Source: a virus. From it: 64,000 nucleotides of DNA. Positions 20,196 to 29,505 of this stretch are shown one piece after another. Positions within the stretch are counted from its first letter, which is position 1, and every line of letters starts with the position of its first letter. The DNA lies in IMG/VR virus record IMGVR_UViG_3300042384_001374, positions 12,100-76,099 of that record, one strand, 5' to 3'. The notes under the pieces were generated by a model that was not told the DNA's origin, made no database searches, and saw nothing but the letters and a program-made list of their open reading frames with translations. Both the position numbers and the translations under genes were made by a program.

Positions 20196-20654
20196 ATGAA
20201 AAAGAAATTGATCAAGCCCGTGTTGAAGCGTGAAGAACGCTGGAAACTTGGCAAGCTGACCTGTGCCGAGCTTGCCGAGTTGGTGGTCGCCGCGCTGGAA
20301 ACCGACATCAAGCGCAATGACACGAACGAAGCGCTGCGCCTGCGCTACGCCCACGCGCGCAACCTCGAACTGCTCAAGCTGTGCGGCACGCTTAAGGCGT
20401 CCTACCATGCCGCCCACTGCCGCACGGCCGTCCACTTCACCAAGGTGCCTACGTTGGTGCTGACGGCCACCGGAGGCAAGCCTAAGGCGTCTTCGATGCC
20501 GCCGTTCACCGCGTCACTCAAAAAGCTGGCCGCTCAACACGGGGTTGTCATCCATCGTTTTGGTAAAGGCGCTTTCATCCTCGCCAAAAATCCCCCAAAG
20601 CCTAAACCCGTCACTACTGGCCTTTGTGACAAATCATTCAGTCTTGTCCGTTAA
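20196..20654 (+). CDS. basic hypothetical protein
   Basis: ORF. Confidence 0.6.
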   Translation: MKKKLIKPVLKREERWKLGKLTCAELAELVVAALETDIKRNDTNEALRLRYAHARNLELLKLCGTLKASYHAAHCRTAVHFTKVPTLVLTATGGKPKASSMPPFTASLKKLAAQHGVVIHRFGKGAFILAKNPPKPKPVTTGLCDKSFSLVR

Positions 20655-20671
20655 GCGCGTTGCGCTTGGGA
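20652..20671 (+). promoter_or_regulatory. triloop hairpin element 6
   Basis: TAAGCGC-GTT-GCGC-TTGGGA. Confidence 0.6.
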
Positions 20672-20731
20672 ATTAAGAGCTTTCCAATTTGTTTTAGTTT
20701 CGGCTAAAATCCACACCAACCACACACATTC

Positions 20732-21340
20732 ATGCAAACCTCAGAATCCATTTCAGAAATCGCCGGAGCCATGGTGCTCGCCCAGCAGGCGATGCTTCCG
20801 CTCATCAAGGACAGCAACAACCCGTTTTTCAAATCCAAGTATGCCGACCTCCAAGCAGTCACCGAGGCGTGTTACCCGGCGCTTCAGGCCAACAGCATCT
20901 GCGTGATGCAGTCGGCGGAGTCGCTTGGAGCACTCGGAATCAACATCAAGACCCGCCTGATCCACAAGAGCGGCCAGTTCATCGAGACCGAGTGCGCCAT
21001 CCCGCCTGCTGGCCAAGACCCACAGAAATACGGCTCAGCCGTCACTTACGGCCGCCGTTACGGACTCCAAGCTGCCGTGGGACTCGCCGCGATTGACGAC
21101 GATGGGGAAAGCGCCATGAACCGCAACGCCACCAAGCCAGCCGCACAACCCGAAACCACACCCACCCCGTCCGCCACCAACAACGACCCGGCAGTCGTGG
21201 AAAAAATCACCTCGGTGTTTTGGCAGCAGACCACATTGGCCGGGCTTAACGAAATGATGGCGTTGGCCAAAACCAAAGGCTACGGCACGCACAAGGACGT
21301 GGTGTCCGCCTACGACGAGCTAAAGGTCAAGCTCGCCTGA
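20732..21340 (+). CDS. erf: ERF-family single-strand annealing protein
   Basis: NPFFKSKYADL...H.SG...Q.YGSAVTYGRRYGL.A..G....DDDG signature. Confidence 0.92.
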   Translation: MQTSESISEIAGAMVLAQQAMLPLIKDSNNPFFKSKYADLQAVTEACYPALQANSICVMQSAESLGALGINIKTRLIHKSGQFIETECAIPPAGQDPQKYGSAVTYGRRYGLQAAVGLAAIDDDGESAMNRNATKPAAQPETTPTPSATNNDPAVVEKITSVFWQQTTLAGLNEMMALAKTKGYGTHKDVVSAYDELKVKLA

Positions 21341-21356
21341 TTCCCCCCCCACCAAT

Positions 21357-21457
21357 GAAGCGGCGGCGTGAAGAAGTCCTAAGCACGCAGTCTGTGAAAG
21401 GCTGGAGGGAATTCACTCAACCTCGGCTTGCCGGTTTAAGGCCCGGCCCGCTTCACC
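21357..21457 (+). ncRNA. tRNA-like RNA (non-canonical)
   Basis: Acceptor GAAGCGG/CCGCTTC-ACC, D-like stem GCGTG/CACGC, T-like arm GCCGG/CCGGC. Confidence 0.5.
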
Positions 21458-21485
21458 CACTCTCACCACACACAAAACAAACGAA

Positions 21486-21767
21486 ATGTCAGAACAATAC
21501 CAAATCAAAGGAACCGTCAAGCTGGTCGGTCAAACCGAACAAGTCAGCGACAAGTTCAAGAAGCGCCAAGTCGTCATCACCACGCCGGATGAAAAATACC
21601 CGCAGGATCTGGCGGTTGAATTCACGCAAGACAAATGCTCTTTGCTCGACGCCATCAACGTCGGCGACGAAGTGACCGCTTCCATCAACCTGCGCGGCAG
21701 CGAATACAAAGGTCGCTATTACGTCAACCTGACCGGCTGGAAGATCGAGACCGACCAACCATTCTGA
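21486..21767 (+). CDS. DUF3127-family SSB-like protein
   Basis: FKKR..V....KYPQ...EFTQDKC..LD...GD.V..SINLRG.EY...YY..L.GWKI. Confidence 0.85.
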   Translation: MSEQYQIKGTVKLVGQTEQVSDKFKKRQVVITTPDEKYPQDLAVEFTQDKCSLLDAINVGDEVTASINLRGSEYKGRYYVNLTGWKIETDQPF

Positions 21768-21771
21768 TCCA

Positions 21772-22239
21772 TTGGCCAGCATCCACCAACTCACGACGGC
21801 GGTAAACGGCCAAGACTTCATGACCATCGACAAGGTCACGGTGTCGCGCCAGATGCCGCCGAAAACGGCTCGAAACAACAAGCTGTATTCGTTCGTCGTG
21901 CTGAAAAGCGCGGGGTCTGAAATCACGCTGTCGTTGTGGGACGATGCCGCCAAGTGGAAGTTGCCAGAAGGCGAGATGACCCTGCGCGGTAAGTTCGTCA
22001 AAGAAGACTACCAAGGCAAGCCGTCGTTGCGTTGCGAAGACCTGAGCCCGCCTGAAGGAGCCACGGAGTTCGCCGCGTCCGAGATTGTCGCGGCAGTCAC
22101 CAAGCCCTCCATCAAGGATTGCCTTGACGCAGGGATTCGATGCGCCGACTACATGGTCACCAAAAAGCGGCCGGAACTTGCACCTACGGCTTTCACCTTC
22201 GGAGCCAACGCCCTGCTTGCAGGACATCGGCTTGAATGA
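21772..22239 (+). CDS. OB-fold-like hypothetical protein
   Basis: Beta-rich, ITLSLWDD...EDYQGKPSL; start uncertain. Confidence 0.5.
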   Translation: MASIHQLTTAVNGQDFMTIDKVTVSRQMPPKTARNNKLYSFVVLKSAGSEITLSLWDDAAKWKLPEGEMTLRGKFVKEDYQGKPSLRCEDLSPPEGATEFAASEIVAAVTKPSIKDCLDAGIRCADYMVTKKRPELAPTAFTFGANALLAGHRLE

Positions 22240-23569
22240 CTTGGAGACGCCGAGCTAGGAGCAAGAGGGTTCGAGTCCCTCCGGTGTTCTCCCTCACCTT
22301 CCCCTGCTGCGTTCACCGTGCAGACAGACAGACCGGGAAGACACGGTGCTCGTTGCAGGTTTGCGTTCTTTGTCGTTTGTGACCTGCAACGAGTTTTCTT
22401 TCTGCCGTTTCAGCATGCTTGACACCGCCAAAAATTTTCAACAAAAACGGGCATGGCAAAAACCAAAGCAAAACCCACCAAAGGCGGTGGCAAAGGCATG
22501 GGCAAAGGTTGCAAAACCTGCTAATGCGTCAGAGTTGCCGGTCTCTTCAAAACCGGATTATTTTCTACTGCTCCAGCAGCAAGCGGCTTGCCGCGACCTG
22601 TAAAGCATGGCCAACAACACTGGAGGAAGAAGGCCCCAAAAAACGTTTTGGTAAATGCGGTGAACCATCACCAATAGCGTGAAATCGGTGACACATCGGA
22701 AAGACGGTGCCTTAGGCATGGAGTGGCGCGGTCGTAAGCCGCAGTTCACACCCATAAAACCGACAGTAGCGTCAAGCTGTCACCGGATACGGTCACCGGA
22801 CTTTTTTTAGCCACGACTAAACCAGCGCTCGGGATGACTCAGATAATCCTACTATGAGCTGCGGAGTGCGCGCCCTGAAACTCCCGGCAAGCAAATGTAG
22901 ACATATCCTCTGATGACCAGTCCGGGAAAGTAGCGGACACACCTTCCTCCGTGACCATGGATAGCATGGAACGAAGCGCCAGCAAGTGGGCGAGCCACAA
23001 GAGAGGTCCGTGCTTAGGCGGAACCCTGATCCAGACCGGGAATTATCTAGACGCACATGACAGCGGAGCGATACGCGCTGTCACTTCAATGGTCGGCGTC
23101 TGAGAAGGGTATCGAGTTTGGGGCACGGCCCACGCGCAAGCGGTCATAACAGTCCTCAATAACGACGAGCTAGCCCGGCCACCCCTTTCCTTTCACATCT
23201 TTTGATATTGCACAAATCCTGATTTTCACCTACATCCAACCATCAACGGGAAGGACGTTGCCACTAATGAGCTTAGCCGGGGGGCAAGCTTGGTGCGGTG
23301 GTAGCATCCTTCCCGCCTTTTTTTATGACAATCTACCTCTACAAAACCGCGAAAACTGGAAATGCGCTTCAACAGGCCAAATTGCATCGCGTCCATGAAG
23401 ATTCGGCGATTCAAGCATTGCTGGGACTGATGGTTTTAGAGGAAGAAAATAATCTCGTATTGGTTTTGCTGGACGGGGCCAAATTGGATCGACAAATGAT
23501 CATCGAAAATCTTTGTTTCAACCGCGTTCCGGTCATTCTCATCGTGGCTTCCTCTTTCATCCAGTTCAA

Positions 23570-23959
23570 ATGATCCTATCCGACAAAGCCTTAAAGCTGC
23601 TCCGACTCGCACTCAGCGAAGTGAATCCACATGAGGCAGCCAGCGCGGCCGTTATGTTCATGGCTGAACTCAGGCGTGAAGGAATTACAGCGGAACGGTT
23701 CGAAGGATCGCCAGTGCCGAAAGGCTTCACCCGTGTGAAACGTGAGGATGCTCGTCCTGCGGCTTCAATGCCTCATGCGGGACAAAGCGCCAGCCAAGAC
23801 ATTCAAACGCCTTCTAGGACATCTCAAGCACCAAAGAACAACTCTTACGGAGCCTACGAGGGAGAACAGTTGCAGTGGGTATATGAAAACCGTCACCGAC
23901 TCTCGAAAAAGATGGCTGCTGCCGTCGTCGAGGAGATGGAGGCGCGTGGATTAATCTAA
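23570..23959 (+). CDS. hypothetical protein
   Basis: KLLRLALS...HEAASAA (DUF2786-like start). Confidence 0.55.
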   Translation: MILSDKALKLLRLALSEVNPHEAASAAVMFMAELRREGITAERFEGSPVPKGFTRVKREDARPAASMPHAGQSASQDIQTPSRTSQAPKNNSYGAYEGEQLQWVYENRHRLSKKMAAAVVEEMEARGLI

Positions 23960-23968
23960 ATTTTAGCC

Positions 23969-24223
23969 ATGACTAAAAAACAACATCCACTTTGCGACAT
24001 GTCCAAACCATGGGGCGTGATCAAGTTTGTCCACTTTCGTGACGGCTCCGAAAGGAAATTTTACTCCATGGTCAACAAAATGACAGGCAACCGCATGACG
24101 GCGTTTGATAACGATCCTCCGGGAATTAATGACCCGATGCCATGGATCAAATCGGTGTTCAAGGACATCAGCAAGAAAGCCACCAAAGTTATCGAATACC
24201 AAGGCACCAAGCACTTCCAATGA
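23969..24223 (+). CDS. hypothetical protein
   Basis: ATG inside a palindrome. Confidence 0.55.
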   Translation: MTKKQHPLCDMSKPWGVIKFVHFRDGSERKFYSMVNKMTGNRMTAFDNDPPGINDPMPWIKSVFKDISKKATKVIEYQGTKHFQ

Positions 24224-24534
24224 AAAACTACATGCTCGATGTTGCCTTCACGGTTGAAGGTCCGTGGGACGAAATGGAAGATATTCCTACCGAACAAATT
24301 CTTCTCGGTCTTCAACGCCGACTCACTTCGCTTCTTGAGGCACACACCAACAAAACCGAAGACGTTACCGAAGCTTTCGGTTTTTGCGATTCCTACGAAA
24401 TTGGCGACCCTCCAATTAGTTCCTTTCGTGAAGTGTTGCAACCCAACCCGATGAGAGGTAAGTGGGGAACTGTAATTGAAGCTGATGGGACAGAACGTCC
24501 TGCTGAACCTAATCCCAACTGGAAAACTCCATGA
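24220..24534 (+). CDS. hypothetical protein
   Basis: ATGA-coupled ORF. Confidence 0.6.
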   Translation: MKNYMLDVAFTVEGPWDEMEDIPTEQILLGLQRRLTSLLEAHTNKTEDVTEAFGFCDSYEIGDPPISSFREVLQPNPMRGKWGTVIEADGTERPAEPNPNWKTP

Positions 24535-25010
24535 AAATCATTCTCGCAATCGACCCCGGCAATAAACAAAGCGGATGGGCGTGTGTTCAAGACGGCAAGT
24601 TGGTCGGAAGCGGCGTGCTCCCGAACAACGAATTGCTGCATCTCAGCGCTTTCCAGACGGCCGACGTGCTGGCTATCGAGTGGATACAGGCGATGGGCAT
24701 GGCGGTAGGTCAAGAGGTGTTTCAAACATGCATGTGGGTCGGGCGGTTTGTTCAGGTCGCAAAAACTTTACAAAACCGTCCAGAAATCCGTTTAGTGCCA
24801 CGCGGAGTCATCAAGCATCACCACTGCGGAAAAACAACCGCTAAAGACGCAAACGTCACTCAAGCACTGCGCGACAAGTATGGCGAAAAAGGAACCAAGA
24901 AAGCTCCCGGCTACTTCTTCGGAGTTTCGTCTCACGCATGGCAGGCGTTCGCCGTCGCCGCTTATATCATCGAAGGCGGAACCCACGCCAACGAAATACA
25001 CCCTCTATGA
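24531..25010 (+). CDS. RuvC-like Holliday junction resolvase
   Basis: ILAIDPG...SGWA, LAIE, K...CG...AKD, AFAVA. Confidence 0.8.
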   Translation: MKIILAIDPGNKQSGWACVQDGKLVGSGVLPNNELLHLSAFQTADVLAIEWIQAMGMAVGQEVFQTCMWVGRFVQVAKTLQNRPEIRLVPRGVIKHHHCGKTTAKDANVTQALRDKYGEKGTKKAPGYFFGVSSHAWQAFAVAAYIIEGGTHANEIHPL

Positions 25011-25351
25011 TAACGTCCAAACAAGAAAAAGCCGCCGCCATTTATCAAGCCACACTTGCTGTCGCTTCATTTTACAACATCCAAGCCTCTTTGTTGTTGT
25101 CTGAATCCTCATCCAAAAGCAAGCAGCTCAACCGAGGACGAGGTTTGCTGATGAGCCATTTGTTTCGTCAAGGAATGTCGCACGTTTCCATTGGCCGCAT
25201 CGTGCAACGATCCACTGACACCGTGCGCACTGGAATTACCCGAGCCGATCTCGATGTCACCGCAGACGAACGCCAGTTAATGGCGGTGTTGCCATTCATT
25301 CCCCATACCATTTTAGCCACAATTAAAAAGCCCTCCGGGCTTGAGAAGTGA
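25007..25351 (+). CDS. DnaA C-terminal-like HTH protein
   Basis: VASFYNI....LL...R...M......GMSHVSIGRIVQRSTDTV. Confidence 0.55.
   Translation: MITSKQEKAAAIYQATLAVASFYNIQASLLLSESSSKSKQLNRGRGLLMSHLFRQGMSHVSIGRIVQRSTDTVRTGITRADLDVTADERQLMAVLPFIPHTILATIKKPSGLEK
25327..25346 (+). promoter_or_regulatory. triloop hairpin element 7
   Basis: AAAGCCC-TCC-GGGC-TTGAGA. Confidence 0.6.
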
Positions 25352-25394
25352 TTGTATCCTCTCCCAAAACAAACAACCCCAAAACACCAGAAAC

Positions 25395-26399
25395 ATGTCT
25401 CATTTAATTCAATCCCGCGACCGACAATCCGCAAAAACACAAGCTTGGCACGGCTTGACGACCATCGTTGACGATGTCAATCAATCCTCTGCCTTTGGCT
25501 GGGATGTCGTTGAAACGCCAATTCTCTACCGGGTTCCAAATCCAGAGCAGCCCGGTCAGGAAAAAATCATTGAGCACCCGAAATACATGCAGCTTGTCGC
25601 CAACGACGATTACCTGCCCATCGGTGAGCCATACAACAAGGACACCTACACCCCGTCGTCGATCAAGATGCTATGGGAGATCGTGCGCCTCGGTATGGGC
25701 GATACGCCGCACACCATCGAAAGCGCTGGGTCTGTCGACGACCGTCGCAAAACGTTCATCAGCCTCAAGGTGAGTGACGGCTTTACCATCGGTGACCGTG
25801 AGTTCAAGGACTACATCACGTTGCTCGACAGCTTCGACAAATCGTGCTCGCTCACCTGCCTTTATTCGTCGATCTGCGTGGTTTGTGCCAATACCTACGG
25901 GGCCGCGATGCGGACTGGTAAGGAAGTGGGCAAAGCTAAGCACACCAAGATGATCGACCTGAACGTGCAGCGCTTAATCGACGCCATTGACGCGTTTTCC
26001 GGCACAAGCGCCCATTTCAAGGGTTTGATGCAGGAAGCGTTTGTAACCCCGTGCTCACGAGACGAAGCCCGCGCATGGCTCACCGGCATCGAAGGTCGCA
26101 ACATGGACCGCCCAACCAACGGGTTGCTCCAAAAGTCGGCTCGGATGGCTGATTTGTTCGAGCGCGGCAAGGGCAACGAAGGACGCACCCGTCTGGACGC
26201 GTTTTCGGCGCTCACCGACTTTCACAGTCATGAGTCTTCCAACCGCAAGGGCGAGGACGCGCAATACATGTCCAGCGAGTTCGGCGCGTCGGCTGTCATC
26301 AAGACGCTCGCAGCCAGCCGCTTCAAAGAGGACTGGGAGAAAAATACGCGTCACGGCAACGCGCTGCTCGAACAAGACCGCGTAGCTCTCACCAACTGA
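25395..26399 (+). CDS. DUF932-family protein
   Basis: AWHGL, ESAGS, YITLLDSFD.S, VVCANT, KHT, AFSALTDF.SH. Confidence 0.85.
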   Translation: MSHLIQSRDRQSAKTQAWHGLTTIVDDVNQSSAFGWDVVETPILYRVPNPEQPGQEKIIEHPKYMQLVANDDYLPIGEPYNKDTYTPSSIKMLWEIVRLGMGDTPHTIESAGSVDDRRKTFISLKVSDGFTIGDREFKDYITLLDSFDKSCSLTCLYSSICVVCANTYGAAMRTGKEVGKAKHTKMIDLNVQRLIDAIDAFSGTSAHFKGLMQEAFVTPCSRDEARAWLTGIEGRNMDRPTNGLLQKSARMADLFERGKGNEGRTRLDAFSALTDFHSHESSNRKGEDAQYMSSEFGASAVIKTLAASRFKEDWEKNTRHGNALLEQDRVALTN

Positions 26400-26422
26400 C
26401 TTTTAGCCACAACTAAAATACA

Positions 26423-26635
26423 ATGCCACACTACGAAATCGAAATCACAGCCAAAAAAATGATCTGCGTCGAAGCCGACGATGAAGATGAAGCTCTGGAA
26501 ATCGCAGAAGAAAATGTTGGTATGGGTTGGGACACGTCAAATGTCCAAACCGAAGACGAATACGACGAAAGCAACCCGCACCACGCTAAGTGGATTGCAG
26601 AATACAAACGCAACGGTGAGTTTTATTCAAATTAA
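26423..26635 (+). CDS. small acidic protein
   Basis: VEADDEDEALEIAEE motif. Confidence 0.7.
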   Translation: MPHYEIEITAKKMICVEADDEDEALEIAEENVGMGWDTSNVQTEDEYDESNPHHAKWIAEYKRNGEFYSN

Positions 26636-26787
26636 ATCTTCCTTGATGGCCGCATAGCGGAGTCAGGAAACGTGCATACGGACAAAGGCCCGGAAAATGG
26701 CATTGATGTCGTCTCAAGGCTTCGGACGGAACCGCTACAACGTCATGGTAGCGCCGCAAACGGTAAGCGGCCCTAGCTTTCAAAACA

Positions 26788-27120
26788 ATGAACACCTCAT
26801 TCACTCCCGGTTCTTGGAGCGTCTTCAATCCAAGGCTTCGAACCAATCCTTCGTCAGAGCATCGACTTCTTGTCGTTCATCCTGACGGAGAGCGCATCAT
26901 AGCCCGCATGGACGAAGGCTTCGTTAATGGGAAAGGAACTATGACGCTGAAAGAAAGAGAGGCCAACGCCCGCCTTATAGCGGCCAGCCCAGACCTTCTT
27001 TCGGCGATTCAGGAAATGTATTCCATGTTCTACGCCCACGAACAATACGACGACAACTCCGCAGCCGCAGTCAAGCTCGCCCGCGCCTCCATTAACCTAG
27101 CCACTGGACAAGAGCCATGA
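26788..27120 (+). CDS. phage protein of TPGPW...ANARLIAAAP family
   Basis: FTPGSW...EANARLIAASPDLL. Confidence 0.75.
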   Translation: MNTSFTPGSWSVFNPRLRTNPSSEHRLLVVHPDGERIIARMDEGFVNGKGTMTLKEREANARLIAASPDLLSAIQEMYSMFYAHEQYDDNSAAAVKLARASINLATGQEP

Positions 27121-27338
27121 AAGTGTGCCACAGCCAAATCACCCCCCGTCTCGACCATTTCAAGGCGGAAGAGCGCGGCGCGATGGTTTCCATCATGGCG
27201 GTAGGACATCTCGTCTCTATCAAAGTCCAAGACAAAAACGGCAAGGGGTTTGATCGGATGATTTCCTTCAACGATCTAAACCGCTTGCTTTTCACCATCC
27301 CAGAACAACCCGACCGAGGATACAACCGAATCCCATGA
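27117..27338 (+). CDS. hypothetical protein
   Basis: ATGA-coupled ORF. Confidence 0.55.
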   Translation: MKVCHSQITPRLDHFKAEERGAMVSIMAVGHLVSIKVQDKNGKGFDRMISFNDLNRLLFTIPEQPDRGYNRIP

Positions 27339-27541
27339 ACCAAGAAACCATAGCCCTTGTCTTCATGGCGGACGACACAAGATCCTTTTTCATTGAAGGG
27401 CCTCCTTTTGGGCCTCCTGAAAAGTGGATTAAGCAGTTTGTTGCTCACGTCGCAGAAGTGGAATATGTCGAAGTGTTCGAACTGGGTTCACGGGCTCATT
27501 TTTGGTGCAATCCAAACGTCTGTCCAGAAAATGAATTTTAA
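27335..27541 (+). CDS. hypothetical protein
   Basis: ATGA-coupled ORF. Confidence 0.55.
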   Translation: MNQETIALVFMADDTRSFFIEGPPFGPPEKWIKQFVAHVAEVEYVEVFELGSRAHFWCNPNVCPENEF

Positions 27542-27544
27542 TTT

Positions 27545-27892
27545 ATGAATCCGCCCGCACCCGATCAACCCACAAAAGACCAGCTCATTGAATTATTTTC
27601 AGTTTTCAATACAGTCTCCGGAGCATTGCAGCTCGACATCAGCCGGGTAATGGCTACCAAACCAGATGTCGCTGCACAGCTCAAAAAACAATTCGAAAGC
27701 AACGAGCAAGACCAAACGTGGGCGATGGATCAAGCCGCTTACCAATACCTGAAAATCTTCCCTCTCGCCCAAATGAACCGCACCAACATGTTTTGCCGAC
27801 TTGCCGCACTGCATTCCGGGTTGACCGGCGACCCGCTGATGCGCGAGGTGTTTGAGGAAGTCAACCGGAGGGTCATCGACAAAGATTTATGA
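27545..27892 (+). CDS. hypothetical protein
   Basis: ORF. Confidence 0.6.
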   Translation: MNPPAPDQPTKDQLIELFSVFNTVSGALQLDISRVMATKPDVAAQLKKQFESNEQDQTWAMDQAAYQYLKIFPLAQMNRTNMFCRLAALHSGLTGDPLMREVFEEVNRRVIDKDL

Positions 27893-28227
27893 TCAAAACA
27901 CCATTTACTTCCGGGCCTTGGACATATGATCCTTTCATTGATACTTTCAGCATCGGAATGATTGCAGTAGGCCCTGATCCAGACAATTATCCAGTTGCCC
28001 ATGTTGAATCGTGGAATGGAGACGGTCCTGACTGTGAAGAAGCCAAGCGTGCTCTTGCCAATGCTCGTCTAATTTCCTCCGCGCCACGCATATTTCACGC
28101 TCTGCAAAATCTCGTTGCTTCATTTGACGGGGGCGGAGCCTTCGGCGGGAAAGAATGGGGATACAACCGAAAGTTTGCCATCGAAGCCCGCGCCGCGCTT
28201 GCTGAAGCTCTCGGTGAATCCGCTTGA
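27889..28227 (+). CDS. second TPGPW...ANARLI family paralogue
   Basis: FTSGPW...ANARLISSAP. Confidence 0.75.
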   Translation: MIKTPFTSGPWTYDPFIDTFSIGMIAVGPDPDNYPVAHVESWNGDGPDCEEAKRALANARLISSAPRIFHALQNLVASFDGGGAFGGKEWGYNRKFAIEARAALAEALGESA

Positions 28228-28264
28228 ATTCCATTTTAGCCACGAATAAAACAACCACTCAATC

Positions 28265-29461
28265 ATGACCACCACACCAACTCCGCTCTACTACGACAAC
28301 TGCCTGCTCACCGAAGACGATTTGCCCAATCTCGCCGCCGAGCACAAAATTCCATTCACTGATCTGCAAAAAGCCTGCGAGCAAATCCGCAGCAAAGGCG
28401 AAGTGCTTTACAGTCTGTATCCAAACACCACGCGAGAGCGGCTGCGGACGTTCGCAGCGTCCATCACCTTTGAGCCTGATGAAGCTTTGGATTACACCCC
28501 CGGAGAAGACCCCACTCCATGCCTTGTTGTAAATAGTCCGCAGGAGGCAGCCACAACGTCTTTGGTCACCGTTGAGGCACATACTGACGCCGAAGCAGTT
28601 CAAAGCCCGCTAAAGCCGCGCAGCAAAGCAAAGAAAAGCAAACTGGAAGAATCCGTGTTCGATCTCGCAGCCGAACTTTACGATGAAGAAGAAAATGATG
28701 AATCCACCGAACCTGCCCCGGTCACCCAGCGCGACGAAGTGGTGGAAAGCGCTTCCGTTGCGCTAATGCAGGCAATGGTCGGTGACAGCGCCTCGTTCAT
28801 CATCACCGAGGAAGGCATCTGCTCCATCAACCCGGCGCACCCGCCTACCTTGGTGCATTCCTACCAAGTCGTCTCGTCTGTCCTACGCTTGTCTGACCTG
28901 TCTGACAAAGTAAACGACAAAGGCTGCTGGATGCTTGGCTCAATCCTTGCTGCGTTGGAAGACTACCACGGAGAAAACTTCAACGTCGGACAGGTGTGCG
29001 AGCAAACTGAAAAAGCAGAAAACACCATCCGCACTGCACTGTCTGTGTTCAAAGCGTTCAAAGACAAACGTTACAACCTGTCATTCAGTTCGCACAAGGA
29101 AGGATTTCACATGAAAGCCCCGCTGGAAGTGAAAAAGCTCATCCTGCACAAAGCCGAAACTTACGAACTGACCACCAAGCAAATTCGGGCGCTCGGCAGC
29201 GTGTATCGAGCGATGGAAGACGACACCACCATTCGCAACATCCGCAGCAAACAGCAGGCTTTGGATTTGGTTTCGGCGGTGGAAAGCGTCAAAGTGAAGT
29301 GGTTGGTCTATGAAGACGGCAGGATGGTCGAGCTAACTCGCACAGACGGCTCAACCCCAGACGGTCAGATGGCCATCAATCTAAAAGACAAAGTGTTCTT
29401 CATCAACGGCGAAAAAGCCGGAGAGGTGGAACGCATCGGCGTCAAAAAAGCCGTGAAGTAA
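28265..29461 (+). CDS. hypothetical protein (398 aa) upstream of helicase
   Basis: Long ORF; flanked by two palindromes. Confidence 0.75.
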   Translation: MTTTPTPLYYDNCLLTEDDLPNLAAEHKIPFTDLQKACEQIRSKGEVLYSLYPNTTRERLRTFAASITFEPDEALDYTPGEDPTPCLVVNSPQEAATTSLVTVEAHTDAEAVQSPLKPRSKAKKSKLEESVFDLAAELYDEEENDESTEPAPVTQRDEVVESASVALMQAMVGDSASFIITEEGICSINPAHPPTLVHSYQVVSSVLRLSDLSDKVNDKGCWMLGSILAALEDYHGENFNVGQVCEQTEKAENTIRTALSVFKAFKDKRYNLSFSSHKEGFHMKAPLEVKKLILHKAETYELTTKQIRALGSVYRAMEDDTTIRNIRSKQQALDLVSAVESVKVKWLVYEDGRMVELTRTDGSTPDGQMAINLKDKVFFINGEKAGEVERIGVKKAVK

Positions 29462-29505
29462 AATTGATTTTAGCCGCAACTAAAACTGAAAGGAGCACCC
29501 GACCC

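Noticed and set aside
22905-23010. Hammerhead ribozyme at CTGATGA
   Set aside because: Could not build stems II/III with a GAAA core and cleavage triplet.
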